Positions 30,083 through 38,874 of a DNA stretch of 64,000 nucleotides are shown piece by piece. The stretch's first letter is position 1; every line of letters begins with the position of its first letter. The DNA lies in contig WAPO01000166.1 in the NCBI GenBank assembly GCA_015520705.1, positions 726 to 64,725 of the forward strand, given 5' to 3'. The translations under genes were made by a program, and so were the position numbers. The DNA is from Thermococcus sp. (GTDB lineage: Archaea > Methanobacteriota_B > Thermococci > Thermococcales > Thermococcaceae). The notes under the pieces were generated by a model that searched no databases, had not been told where the DNA came from, and saw only the letters and a list, made by a program, of their open reading frames with translations.

Positions 30083-30928
30083 TTAAGGCTCAAGCATCTC
30101 CCTGACGTATTTCGGCATCTGGAAGAGGGTTTCGTGCCTCTGCGGGTCATAGTATTTCAGCTCAAGCTCTCCGGCCCTCTTCAGGTCAATTTTTGTGAAG
30201 TCCACATCACCCTTAGCCCCCACCAGGAAGCTCCACGGCGAGGCGTAGCCGATGACCGGGAAGCTGAAATAGTAAACCCTGTCAAACGCTTTGCTCATCT
30301 CCCTGTATGCGTCCAGAAGTTCGCTGGTAAAGAGATAGACGCTACCGGCCTGGGTTATCATCAGCCCCCTCTCGTTCAGCGCATTGAACACGTTCTTGTA
30401 GAACGCCTCGGAAAAGAGCATCTTCGCCGGGCCGACGGGGTCCGTTGAATCCACTATTATCACATCAAATCTCTCCCCGGCCTTTTTGATGTACTCAACG
30501 CCGTCTCCAACGACAAGCTCAGCCCTCGGGTCCTCAAATGCCCCGCGGTCTATTTTGAGGTAGCGCCGGGAGACATCAATTACAGCGCCATCAATCTCGA
30601 CCATAACGGCCTTTTCCACTGTTCTGTGCTTTAGAACCTCCCTGAGCGTGCCGCCGTCGCCTCCACCTATGATGAGAACCCTCCTTGGGTCTGGATGAGC
30701 AAGCATTACAGGATGGACGAGGGGCTCGTGGTAGCTCTCCTCCCCAATCTCCACCAGCTGAACTGTGCCGTCGAGGACGAGGAGCTTTCCGAAGCCTTCG
30801 GTTTCATAGAGTTCGAGCTTCTGATATTCTGTCCGGGTCTCAAAAAGTCTCTCCTTAACCTTAAATCCCACACCATACCCTCTCGGATACCACTCGATGA
30901 ATGCGTTTTCCCTCTCGTTGAAGCCCAT
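30083..30928 (-). CDS. speE: Polyamine aminopropyltransferase (spermidine synthase family)
   Basis: [24 protein letters not shown]. Confidence 0.93.
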   Translation of the reverse strand: MGFNERENAFIEWYPRGYGVGFKVKERLFETRTEYQKLELYETEGFGKLLVLDGTVQLVEIGEESYHEPLVHPVMLAHPDPRRVLIIGGGDGGTLREVLKHRTVEKAVMVEIDGAVIDVSRRYLKIDRGAFEDPRAELVVGDGVEYIKKAGERFDVIIVDSTDPVGPAKMLFSEAFYKNVFNALNERGLMITQAGSVYLFTSELLDAYREMSKAFDRVYYFSFPVIGYASPWSFLVGAKGDVDFTKIDLKRAGELELKYYDPQRHETLFQMPKYVREMLEP

Positions 30929-30971
30929 GAACATCACCTGTTCGGAAGAAAAGAGGGGGAGCTTAAAAACT

Positions 30972-31340
30972 TCACTCCCTGAAGAGCAGCCCCCTGTCAA
31001 CTTTAACCAGAGCCGGCCGCCTGCACCTGAGCTCCCTTATTATATACTCGCTTGCTTTGAGGGGCATTGTGTGGTCTCCGCAGGTGTAGACATCAACGGA
31101 GGCATAGCCGTGCTCCGGCCATGTGTGGATTGTTATGTGGCTTTCAGAAACGATAACCGCCCCAGAAACGCCCTGAGGGGAAAATTTGTGAAAACGCTTA
31201 TCAATAATCGTGGCATTTGCCACCTCAGCGGCTTCTGTTAAAATTCTCTCTATCTCCTCTATGTTGTCCAGAACCGCTGGATCGCATTCGTAGAGGTCGA
31301 GGATTACGTGCATCCCCAGGGGATTTTCCACACCCTTCAT
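30972..31340 (-). CDS. speD: S-adenosylmethionine decarboxylase proenzyme (pyruvoyl)
   Basis: [28 protein letters not shown]. Confidence 0.92.
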   Translation of the reverse strand: MKGVENPLGMHVILDLYECDPAVLDNIEEIERILTEAAEVANATIIDKRFHKFSPQGVSGAVIVSESHITIHTWPEHGYASVDVYTCGDHTMPLKASEYIIRELRCRRPALVKVDRGLLFRE

Positions 31341-31374
31341 CCTCCTCACCTCCCATATGCCCACCTCCTTTTTT

Positions 31375-31848
31375 TCAGTAGGGGAACATCACAACAACCG
31401 CCAGAGCGGCAACAGGTTTGTCCTTAACAGTGGCTTCGGCAGAGGCAACCCTAAATTCTTTCAGCTTCCATCCTCTGACACGGAAGCCTTCCTCTACCAT
31501 CCTGCGCACCATCTCCTCAGCTTCTTCCCTGCTGCAGTAGCCGGAGTATTCGTATATAAGCCCGCCTTCATTTCCCTCGCTGATTCCAACGCCGAGAGCC
31601 GCGCTTATTGTTGACCCCGGTTCATCGCTCTCTATGTGTGCATAGACCGTTGGGAGCAGCATTCCAATTGGAACATCATGCACATCGCTCATCCACTCTA
31701 TGTGTGCAGGTATAACGCTGCTGAGCTTGACGAGATTAACATTACCTATGCCGAGCTTCAGCAGGGCATTATCAAAGGCATTCAGTTTGGTTCCACCTTC
31801 TGCAGATGCCGCACCGAGGAATGCTCTCTTGGGTGTAGTCCAGCTCAT
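31375..31848 (-). CDS. pdaD: Pyruvoyl-dependent arginine decarboxylase
   Basis: LNAFDNAL, NVNLVKLSSVIP cleavage site. Confidence 0.92.
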   Translation of the reverse strand: MSWTTPKRAFLGAASAEGGTKLNAFDNALLKLGIGNVNLVKLSSVIPAHIEWMSDVHDVPIGMLLPTVYAHIESDEPGSTISAALGVGISEGNEGGLIYEYSGYCSREEAEEMVRRMVEEGFRVRGWKLKEFRVASAEATVKDKPVAALAVVVMFPY

Positions 31849-32039
31849 CTCCCACCGCCTCCTTTTTAAACTGCTACAAGCCCTTTAATTTTGATTTGGT
31901 ATGTGATAATCCTTAAATTTCCAATTCAATTAGTCGCTACTCGATAGTTTGCTTATAAAGCTTTCGGATTTTGAGTAAATTAGAAATGGCTGATTTTCAA
32001 GGTATTAAAATGGAAATAGGGGGGAGAGAGGAGATTAAA

Positions 32040-33188
32040 TTAGTGGATCTCTATTCCCTGCCTCTTGTTTATATACGAGATTATGCGTCCGATTGTTGCG
32101 GAGATGAATATTCCCATTATGCTTGCCAGAGAGGCCAGAGCATACATGTGGGCACTCAGGATGCCGTGCTCGTAGCCAAGCTCGCCGACAAGGAGGCCGA
32201 GAACTCCAAAGCTCGCTATCCCGGTTGCCCTCAGCATCGAGCTCCTGAGGTTGTCTTTCCACACGAAGAGTGTCGTGAGCAGCACCCTTACCATGTAAAT
32301 CAGCACGAAGAAATACACAACCTCCAGGGAGAACTCGGTTTCAAAGTTAATGCCCCTCCATGCGAAGAATATCGGAGCAAATATGCCGTAGGTTATACCC
32401 GAGATTATGGTGTGGAGTCTCTCATACTGCTTCGTGCCGACCAGATCACTGTGGAGGAGGAGGCCGGCGAGAAAACCTCCGATGCTGAAGTGGAGGCCGA
32501 TTTCCTCGCTTATCAGTGCCAGAGATGTGGAGAGTATCATGAAAACCCCGAAAACCGCCTCATCGCTTTTAAGCCGCCTGAGTGCCCTGATTATCTGAAC
32601 CTTGTGCTGGATTCCTATAACGTAATTGAGGCCGAGAACCACCGTCAGAAAAAGCACGTCCTTCATGAATTCAAGGAAAAGCCCTGCATAGCTCAGGTGG
32701 TGGAGCTCGAAGTTTATGAGGAGGTAGAGGATTACGAGGCTTCCGACCTCGCTTATAACGGCATAGGAAAGCGCAATGTGCAGGAACTCCTTCCCAAAGA
32801 ACCTGGCGAGGGTTATCACTATGGGTGCAGAGGCCACGGAGAGTATCGCGGCAACCACCAGATTGTCATATGAGAGGGAGTATCCCGTAAAGGGGAGCGT
32901 TATGAAGAGCATCACCAGATACGTTACAACATATATAGGGAAGCTCTTTCTGCCCCCAAGGCGCACCTCTTCAGGCGTGAGCTCAAGTCCGGAGTATATC
33001 ATGAGGAAGAAAATGCCGAACTGGGCCAGAAGGCTCATCTCGTCCCTCGGAAGGTTTACGAAGACCACGCCGAGAACCAGACCCGCCGAAATCTCACCAA
33101 GAAAACCGGGATAGCCTATTCTCTCAAATACCTCCGCGAGAATTCTCCCGGCTGCAATTATTATGAAGACATAACCAATAACATCCAC
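32040..33188 (-). CDS. Cation:proton antiporter (CPA2)
   Basis: About 12 TM helices, GEISAG, GGFLAG, FAPIFF. Confidence 0.85.
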   Translation of the reverse strand: MDVIGYVFIIIAAGRILAEVFERIGYPGFLGEISAGLVLGVVFVNLPRDEMSLLAQFGIFFLMIYSGLELTPEEVRLGGRKSFPIYVVTYLVMLFITLPFTGYSLSYDNLVVAAILSVASAPIVITLARFFGKEFLHIALSYAVISEVGSLVILYLLINFELHHLSYAGLFLEFMKDVLFLTVVLGLNYVIGIQHKVQIIRALRRLKSDEAVFGVFMILSTSLALISEEIGLHFSIGGFLAGLLLHSDLVGTKQYERLHTIISGITYGIFAPIFFAWRGINFETEFSLEVVYFFVLIYMVRVLLTTLFVWKDNLRSSMLRATGIASFGVLGLLVGELGYEHGILSAHMYALASLASIMGIFISATIGRIISYINKRQGIEIH

Positions 33189-33305
33189 TTTGCTGCCTCC
33201 ATAAAGGTAGTATTAGGGGGATTTAAAAACTTTGAACTTGGGGAGGGTTGGTAATAATATAATTAAGACATAAACCTTAATTACCTTTTCTCCGGAGCTT
33301 TCAGT

Positions 33306-33713
33306 ATGAGGCACTATGAAATAGTAAGGGTAAAGGAAAACGGCCGGATTGAAATTCCGCTGGATTACGCCTATGAACTTGGCCTTGTGGAGGGAGCTTA
33401 CTTTCTTGTGGAAATGGACACTGACCTAAAGGAACTCCACCTTGAAAGAATCGCTCTTCCTGGAAAGAAGCTTATGGAGATAGAGCTCATAGTTCTTGAC
33501 AGGCCGGGTGTCCTTGCAAAGATAAGCGACGTTCTGGGAAGAAACGGGGTGAATATCCTGTTCAACGAGGCCGAAGAGCTTGAGCACATTGAATTTGCCG
33601 CCATAGTGGCGGTGGTTGACATAAGCGGGGCTAGCATCGGTATAGAAGAACTTGAAAGGGAGCTCTCGGGAATTGAGGAGGTCAGGGAGATATCACTGAA
33701 GCCTCTGTATTAG
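33306..33713 (+). CDS. AbrB-like plus ACT domain protein
   Basis: GRIEIP N-terminus; DRPGVLAKIS ACT motif. Confidence 0.8.
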   Translation: MRHYEIVRVKENGRIEIPLDYAYELGLVEGAYFLVEMDTDLKELHLERIALPGKKLMEIELIVLDRPGVLAKISDVLGRNGVNILFNEAEELEHIEFAAIVAVVDISGASIGIEELERELSGIEEVREISLKPLY

Positions 33714-35207
33714 CATCATCCCGAGGACAAAGAGGAAGAAAATTGTCATGTGCATATTGATTTCCCTGCCGAATTCCTCAGCAGGTCTGAAGCTGAAGGG
33801 TTTCAAGCCGGATAGGGTTTTTCTCAGGGTCAGGAACATCCCCAACGCCAGAATAAGGAGGAGCCAGTCCATGGGGTTCAGCACAGGGTTCAGATACAGG
33901 CCGAAGGCCAGCGTTAGAGCTGCCAGCGTTAAAGGAACGGCCGTTCTAATGCTTCCTCTCCTCCCGGGTGCCGCGAGGTGATAGTTGAGCTTCACAGCGT
34001 AGGCCATTGTGCCGAGTGCGGCAGTATAGAAGAGGAATGAACCTATACCCGTGAGATGTGCGAGGATCAGCTTTTTGCCGTAGGCCCCCACAAAGGGAGC
34101 GGTTCCTGTTAGGGCCAGACTCAGGAGCACCACAGTTGCTGTGGCTCCCCTGCTTCCCCTGTAGCTCAACTCATCGAGGTTCTTTGTGCCCTGTGCATCC
34201 GCCAGAGAGCCTATTCCCAGAAAGAGCCCTCCTTTGAAGAGCATGTGGGCGAAGGAATAGTAAATGGCTCCGTAAATGCTGCCCGATGAGATTCCGAGGA
34301 GGATGTATCCAAGCTGGGAAACGGTCGAATATGCAAGCAGCCTCTTTGCGTTTCTCTGGGATAGAGCCCCGACAATCCCAGCGAATATCGAAGCAAATGC
34401 GACGATGAGGAGCGCTCTTCTCAGCGCAGCCGTGACCGGCAGGGCGTAGAGAAGCAGAATCATGCCGTAAACCGAAACCTTTACCACAACCCCTGAGAGA
34501 AGGGCACTCGCTGGGGTTGAAGCTTTAGAATGGGCATCGGGAAGCCAGAAGTGGAGGGGGAATATTCCCGCCTTGAGGAGGAGGGCCGAGAAGGCTATCC
34601 CGACGGCGGTGCTGATTTCCTTTGAAGGCACCGCGTTCTGCCTCACAAGCTCCAGATTCAGGTAGCCCGTTTTCAGATAGATTATGCCAAGTGCAAATAT
34701 GAAGAGGTAGGAAGCGGTCAGCGAGAAAATCAAATATCGGAAGGCCGCCTTCTTGGCTCCTTTTTCGTCAGAAAGCGCCGTCAGGACAAATGCCGAGACT
34801 GAGGCAATCTCCATGTATATGTAGTAGTTGAAGAGGTCGCGGCTTATGAAAGCTCCAAGGACGCCCGCCTCCATCAGCAGGATAACCGAATACTCCTTCC
34901 CTGCCCTGAAGCGGCCGATTGTGTAGAGGGAAACGGCGGAAAAGAGTATAACCGTCCCGAGGATGAAATAAAAGCTGTAGCCGTCGAGGGCGACCTCAAT
35001 GCCCCCCGCTCTCGTCCAGCCCCCAACCATCTCGTCCAGAGGCATGTCCCTGCATGAAGCCAGCAGGACTGACCACGGCAGGAGAGACCCCAGAAGGTAG
35101 AGCGCGGGGGTTAGCCTCGCTTTGTATCTCCTTGATCTGACAAGTATATCCACCAGAACCAGCAGGAACGCAAACAGCAGCGGGAGAGCAACAAGCAGAG
35201 GGATCAC
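33693..35207 (-). CDS. Mrp/Mnh antiporter subunit D (proton-conducting membrane transporter)
   Basis: DLFNYYIYME, KAGIFPLHFWLPDAHS, KRLLAYSTVSQLGY, HMLFKGGLF. Confidence 0.9.
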   Translation of the reverse strand: MIPLLVALPLLFAFLLVLVDILVRSRRYKARLTPALYLLGSLLPWSVLLASCRDMPLDEMVGGWTRAGGIEVALDGYSFYFILGTVILFSAVSLYTIGRFRAGKEYSVILLMEAGVLGAFISRDLFNYYIYMEIASVSAFVLTALSDEKGAKKAAFRYLIFSLTASYLFIFALGIIYLKTGYLNLELVRQNAVPSKEISTAVGIAFSALLLKAGIFPLHFWLPDAHSKASTPASALLSGVVVKVSVYGMILLLYALPVTAALRRALLIVAFASIFAGIVGALSQRNAKRLLAYSTVSQLGYILLGISSGSIYGAIYYSFAHMLFKGGLFLGIGSLADAQGTKNLDELSYRGSRGATATVVLLSLALTGTAPFVGAYGKKLILAHLTGIGSFLFYTAALGTMAYAVKLNYHLAAPGRRGSIRTAVPLTLAALTLAFGLYLNPVLNPMDWLLLILALGMFLTLRKTLSGLKPFSFRPAEEFGREINMHMTIFFLFVLGMMLIQRLQ

Positions 35208-35503
35208 GCGGCTTCCCTCCTCATTCGGAGTATTATGGTAAGTGCCAGAGCTGTTATGGCAACATCAACGACGAGTGTGGTCAGCATCAGGGCCGCGGGC
35301 AGGGGGTCGGCGACGATTTCCCGCGGCATTATGGGGGCGCTGGCTCCTTCCCTGTATCCCATGCCGACAAAAAACAGAACCAGCCCAATCGAAACTATGT
35401 TTATTGAGAGGACTATCTTTATCAGGTTTCTCTTGCTCATCAGCCCGTAGAACCCAATGAGCATGATTATTATCCCTGCCAGCTCCGCCTCAATCACTTT
35501 CAA
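35204..35503 (-). CDS. Mrp/Mnh subunit C
   Basis: KRNLIK, DPLPAALMLT. Confidence 0.88.
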   Translation of the reverse strand: MKVIEAELAGIIIMLIGFYGLMSKRNLIKIVLSINIVSIGLVLFFVGMGYREGASAPIMPREIVADPLPAALMLTTLVVDVAITALALTIILRMRREAA

Positions 35504-35897
35504 CCCACCTCAGCATGATGTAGAAAACCATGACGAAGGCCGCTCCAACCTTCAGGCCCACGCCTATGTTGAAGAGCGGTATTGTTCCCCCGCTCCAGTA
35601 GCCCCTGAGGAAGTTGTAGAAGAAGCCTCCGAATATTATGCCCGTAATTCCAATGAGAACCAGCCCCAGCGCTGAAATCCCCTCAATTGCACCAACCTCC
35701 TTCAGCCTGAACCTCTTCTTAACGCTCCTGTATCCATGTGAAACCACGAGCAGTATAACGCTGACAGCCAGTATTACACCTGCCTGAAAGCCCCCTCCCG
35801 GACTCATCTGCCCGTAGATCATCAGATAGGCGGCATATGCCACGAGGAACGGACTCATGAGCTTGGTTGTTGTTCTGACAACGAGACTCATCTTCAC
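35490..35897 (-). CDS. Mrp/Mnh subunit B
   Basis: SPGGGFQAG, NIGVGLKV. Confidence 0.88.
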   Translation of the reverse strand: MKMSLVVRTTTKLMSPFLVAYAAYLMIYGQMSPGGGFQAGVILAVSVILLVVSHGYRSVKKRFRLKEVGAIEGISALGLVLIGITGIIFGGFFYNFLRGYWSGGTIPLFNIGVGLKVGAAFVMVFYIMLRWVESD

Positions 35898-36148
35898 TTT
35901 TTCTTCCCTCCAAGGAGGAGATAAACGCCTGTAACAGCTGTGAACAGCAGTGTAGCCTCTCCAAGGCTGTCGTAGGCCCTCCAGTCGGCGACTATTGCTG
36001 TTACAAGGTTGGGAATCCCCACAGTGCGCCAGCTTGAGATGTAGTATGAATAGCTCCCGAACCCGCTCCTTGAGTAGTCCAGCGAGAGGAGCAGGGTTGC
36101 CAGTGCGAGGGTTATGAGCACTCCCGCTATCCTCTCTCCAGCTCCCAC
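35894..36148 (-). CDS. Mrp/Mbh small subunit (MbhE-like)
   Basis: PNLVTAIVADWRAYDSLGEATLL. Confidence 0.8.
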   Translation of the reverse strand: MGAGERIAGVLITLALATLLLSLDYSRSGFGSYSYYISSWRTVGIPNLVTAIVADWRAYDSLGEATLLFTAVTGVYLLLGGKKK

Positions 36149-36375
36149 TTCCTCACCTCCCCTATTGTGAAGAGAAAGAGCCCGACCACCACGGCGCCCA
36201 CGGCTATGGCAGACAGGGCGACATCAGGGGCTCCAAGCTGAAAGAGGACGATGGCAAAGGCCAGCCCCAGCAGTATATACTCTACCACGGCATTTACGAG
36301 GTTCTTCTCCTCCACCACTGCCGCTGACAGAACTATCATCATGAGCAGGAGAAGGTCATGGATTATCCCAAGCAT
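36127..36375 (-). CDS. Mrp/Mbh small subunit (DUF4040, MbhD-like)
   Basis: LGAPDVAL, three TM helices. Confidence 0.8.
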   Translation of the reverse strand: MLGIIHDLLLLMMIVLSAAVVEEKNLVNAVVEYILLGLAFAIVLFQLGAPDVALSAIAVGAVVVGLFLFTIGEVRKWELERG

Positions 36376-36670
36376 ACATATCCACCACAACTTTCGGTTT
36401 TATTCCGTATTTATAGGCACCCCTCGCTATTGCGTGGGAAACCATCGGATTGATTAGGGCTATGAGGAACGCCAGAACCAGGAATTTGAGCCTTACGAGG
36501 GTCGGAGCGTGGGCCATCAAAGCGAGGGCTATCAGTATCGTCATTGCCCCGCCGGTATCGCATTTTGTGGCAGCATGAAGCCTCGTGTAGACATCCGGGA
36601 AACGGAGTATTCCAAGAGCCCCGAAAACCATTATCGCCTCTCCAAATGCCAGCAGGAGGTATTCAATCAA
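36356..36670 (-). CDS. Mrp/Mnh subunit G
   Basis: RFPDVYTRLHAATKCDTGG, NPMVSHAIAR; TTG start 36670. Confidence 0.88.
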   Translation of the reverse strand: MIEYLLLAFGEAIMVFGALGILRFPDVYTRLHAATKCDTGGAMTILIALALMAHAPTLVRLKFLVLAFLIALINPMVSHAIARGAYKYGIKPKVVVDMYAWDNP

Positions 36671-36935
36671 TAGCCCCACCTCTCTCAAGGTATTTGGCAA
36701 ATATCAGGCCGCCAACCGAGTTGACCATCAGCAGGACTATGGCAAGGTCTAGGAGGTAGTACTCCGCCCTGATGACCGCGAAGATCGCCAGCATGACAAC
36801 AACCTTTGTGGTTATTGTGTTCACCCCGACAACTCTGTCGGGTGTTGTGGGCCCGAAGAGCACCCTGTATGTGAGGAGCAGACTGGTGAATGTCAGTATC
36901 ATCACAGCCCCTACCAGAAAATTTTCTTCAGCCAT
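36663..36935 (-). CDS. Mrp/Mnh subunit F
   Basis: RVLFGPTTPDRVV, DLAIV. Confidence 0.88.
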   Translation of the reverse strand: MAEENFLVGAVMILTFTSLLLTYRVLFGPTTPDRVVGVNTITTKVVVMLAIFAVIRAEYYLLDLAIVLLMVNSVGGLIFAKYLERGGAID

Positions 36936-37516
36936 TCTTCAATATCCCCCTTTATTTCTTCTCCAGCCTTTTCCCGGTTGAGGGTTTCAACATCAATCCA
37001 GTGGACGTAGAGATACGTCTCGCCGAGCTTTCTTCTGACATCGAGGGTTAGCGTTCCCGGGGTTAGGGTTATGGAGTTGGCCAGAACAGTTATTCCTGTA
37101 TCGGAGTTTAGGTCCGTCTTTATTTTGACTATTCCCGGATTTATGTCCATGAACATGACATTTCTTGCAACTCTGACGCTGCTTTCCAGAATCCGGAACA
37201 TCATGATTACAGCGAGCTGGGGAGCCCAGACCAGCATGAAATACAGGCCCTTCTGGAGTATGTTGCCCTTAGACCTTACGTCAAGTGTTAGCATGTCCCT
37301 CATGAGGGACGAGATTATAAGGGTTGTGGCTGCCCCGATTGCCACATTGGCCGGCCGGGAATTTCCGCTGACCACCAGCCAGAAGGGGAGTAGAACCATC
37401 CATGTGAGGATTATTCTCTCCCATGTAGGTATTTTACGGGCAGCATATTGCTCATACAGAACTCTTTTCCTGACCTCTTCAAGGCGCTCCTTGAGGTAAA
37501 AATGCATCCGGCTCAT
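36911..37516 (-). CDS. Mrp/Mnh subunit E
   Basis: LANSITLTPGTLTLD, LYVHWIDV; start moved to MSRMHF. Confidence 0.88.
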   Translation of the reverse strand: MSRMHFYLKERLEEVRKRVLYEQYAARKIPTWERIILTWMVLLPFWLVVSGNSRPANVAIGAATTLIISSLMRDMLTLDVRSKGNILQKGLYFMLVWAPQLAVIMMFRILESSVRVARNVMFMDINPGIVKIKTDLNSDTGITVLANSITLTPGTLTLDVRRKLGETYLYVHWIDVETLNREKAGEEIKGDIEEWLKKIFW

Positions 37517-37604
37517 ATTTTTATCTTTGAATCCAGATGTTATAATGCTTTTGTGGGAGGAAAGGTTTAAATTGTTTTTAGATGTAGAAATCTCGGTGGT
37601 TCTC

Positions 37605-38009
37605 ATGATTGAGGTCGGAGAATATAAGGTTGAAGAAGGACTTTATTACACAAAAGAACATGAATGGGCGAAAGTCCTTGAAGATGGCACGGTTCTTGTC
37701 GGGATAAGCGACTACGCCCAGAAAGAGCTTGGGGATATAGCATACGTGGAGCTCCCTGAAGTGGGGGCAAGCTTCAGCAAAGGTGATGTCCTCTGTGAAG
37801 TGGAGAGCGTCAAGGCCGTGAGCGAAGTTTACGCTCCGGTAAGCGGTGAAGTTATAGAGGTTAATGAAGAGCTTGATGACAGTCCCGAACTGATCAACGA
37901 AGATCCCTATGCAAACTGGATTGCCAAGCTCAAGCCGAGCAACCTCGAAGATGATCTCAAGGAGCTTATGGATGCCGAGGCATATGCCAAATATTTGGAG
38001 ACCCTTTAG
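37605..38009 (+). CDS. gcvH: Glycine cleavage system H protein (lipoyl carrier)
   Basis: YTKEHEW, GISDYAQ, VESVKAVSEVYAPVSG, INEDPY. Confidence 0.93.
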   Translation: MIEVGEYKVEEGLYYTKEHEWAKVLEDGTVLVGISDYAQKELGDIAYVELPEVGASFSKGDVLCEVESVKAVSEVYAPVSGEVIEVNEELDDSPELINEDPYANWIAKLKPSNLEDDLKELMDAEAYAKYLETL

Positions 38010-38118
38010 AGATTTTTTTCTTTTTATGATTTCAACATGATATTGCAACCCGGTTCAGAAAATTCCCATCGGGGGAATCCTTAAGTATTGTCACGTCGTA
38101 TTCTCTCTGGTGGTTCCC

Positions 38119-38463
38119 ATGAAGGTTCTCAAAGAATGGGAGGTCAGGATTAAGCTTGTTAAGACGAGGAGGGGAGCACTCCTTCATATGATAGAGCTCG
38201 AACCTGGCCACTTCTACCTTGAGCAGAACCCCCTCAAGGATTCAAAATATGGCGTTGCCTACAGAAAAATAAAGGAGAGCTTTCCCGAGTTCTACATGTT
38301 CTGGGAGATCAAAAACAACAGATATACAGGGAAGCTTCTGGCCGGGGCGTTTCTTGAGAAGAAGGAGATTGACGAGTTCATCACCCTCATAGGACAGAGC
38401 GAGGACTACAAGAAGTTCGAGCACATCATGGAAGAGATAGAGGAAGTTGAGGAGGAGAAGTGA
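38119..38463 (+). CDS. Hypothetical protein
   Basis: 114-aa ORF with GGTGG RBS and host-like codons; no motif recognised. Confidence 0.7.
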   Translation: MKVLKEWEVRIKLVKTRRGALLHMIELEPGHFYLEQNPLKDSKYGVAYRKIKESFPEFYMFWEIKNNRYTGKLLAGAFLEKKEIDEFITLIGQSEDYKKFEHIMEEIEEVEEEK

Positions 38464-38515
38464 GCTCTGCCTTCTTTTCTCGTCACCGTTCAGATACCCT
38501 AGAGGTCTTCATCGC
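38460..38515 (-). ncRNA. Weak candidate box C/D sRNA
   Basis: C AUGAAGA, 12-nt guide CCUCUAGGGUAU, D' CUGA, C' GUGACGA; D box poor (CUCA after 15 nt). Confidence 0.35.
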
Positions 38516-38874
38516 TCACTTTGATTTTTGCTAGTTACCTATTATTCCCAAAATAGAACTTTTATCAGTTTCGTTCTTTTTTAGATACTGTAGTCGCTTT
38601 TGTCGCTAGGCATTAATCCCATTCATTACCGACAGCAATCATGTCATACTAGAGAAGGCTTTATAAAGCGGAGAAATAAACAGGGGGAACCTCCTCCAGA
38701 ACTTTGTGAGTTTCGTGGGAGCTGATGACGTTGTCGAGCATTTTAAATACTTTGCGTACATTCCTACTTTAATCAGTAGTGATGATGCCCAAAAGTGCCT
38801 AAGACTCGATAGCATCACGGTCGCAGGTAAGGTTATAAAATTGTCTGCATAACTTTAAGTTTGGTGGAGTATTC

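Noticed and set aside
31971-32873. 300-aa plus-strand ORF
   Set aside because: Antisense to the CPA2 antiporter; shadow frame of a hydrophobic gene.
38666-38852. About 60-codon open plus-strand frame ahead of the membrane protein gene
   Set aside because: No convincing start or RBS and no recognisable motif.
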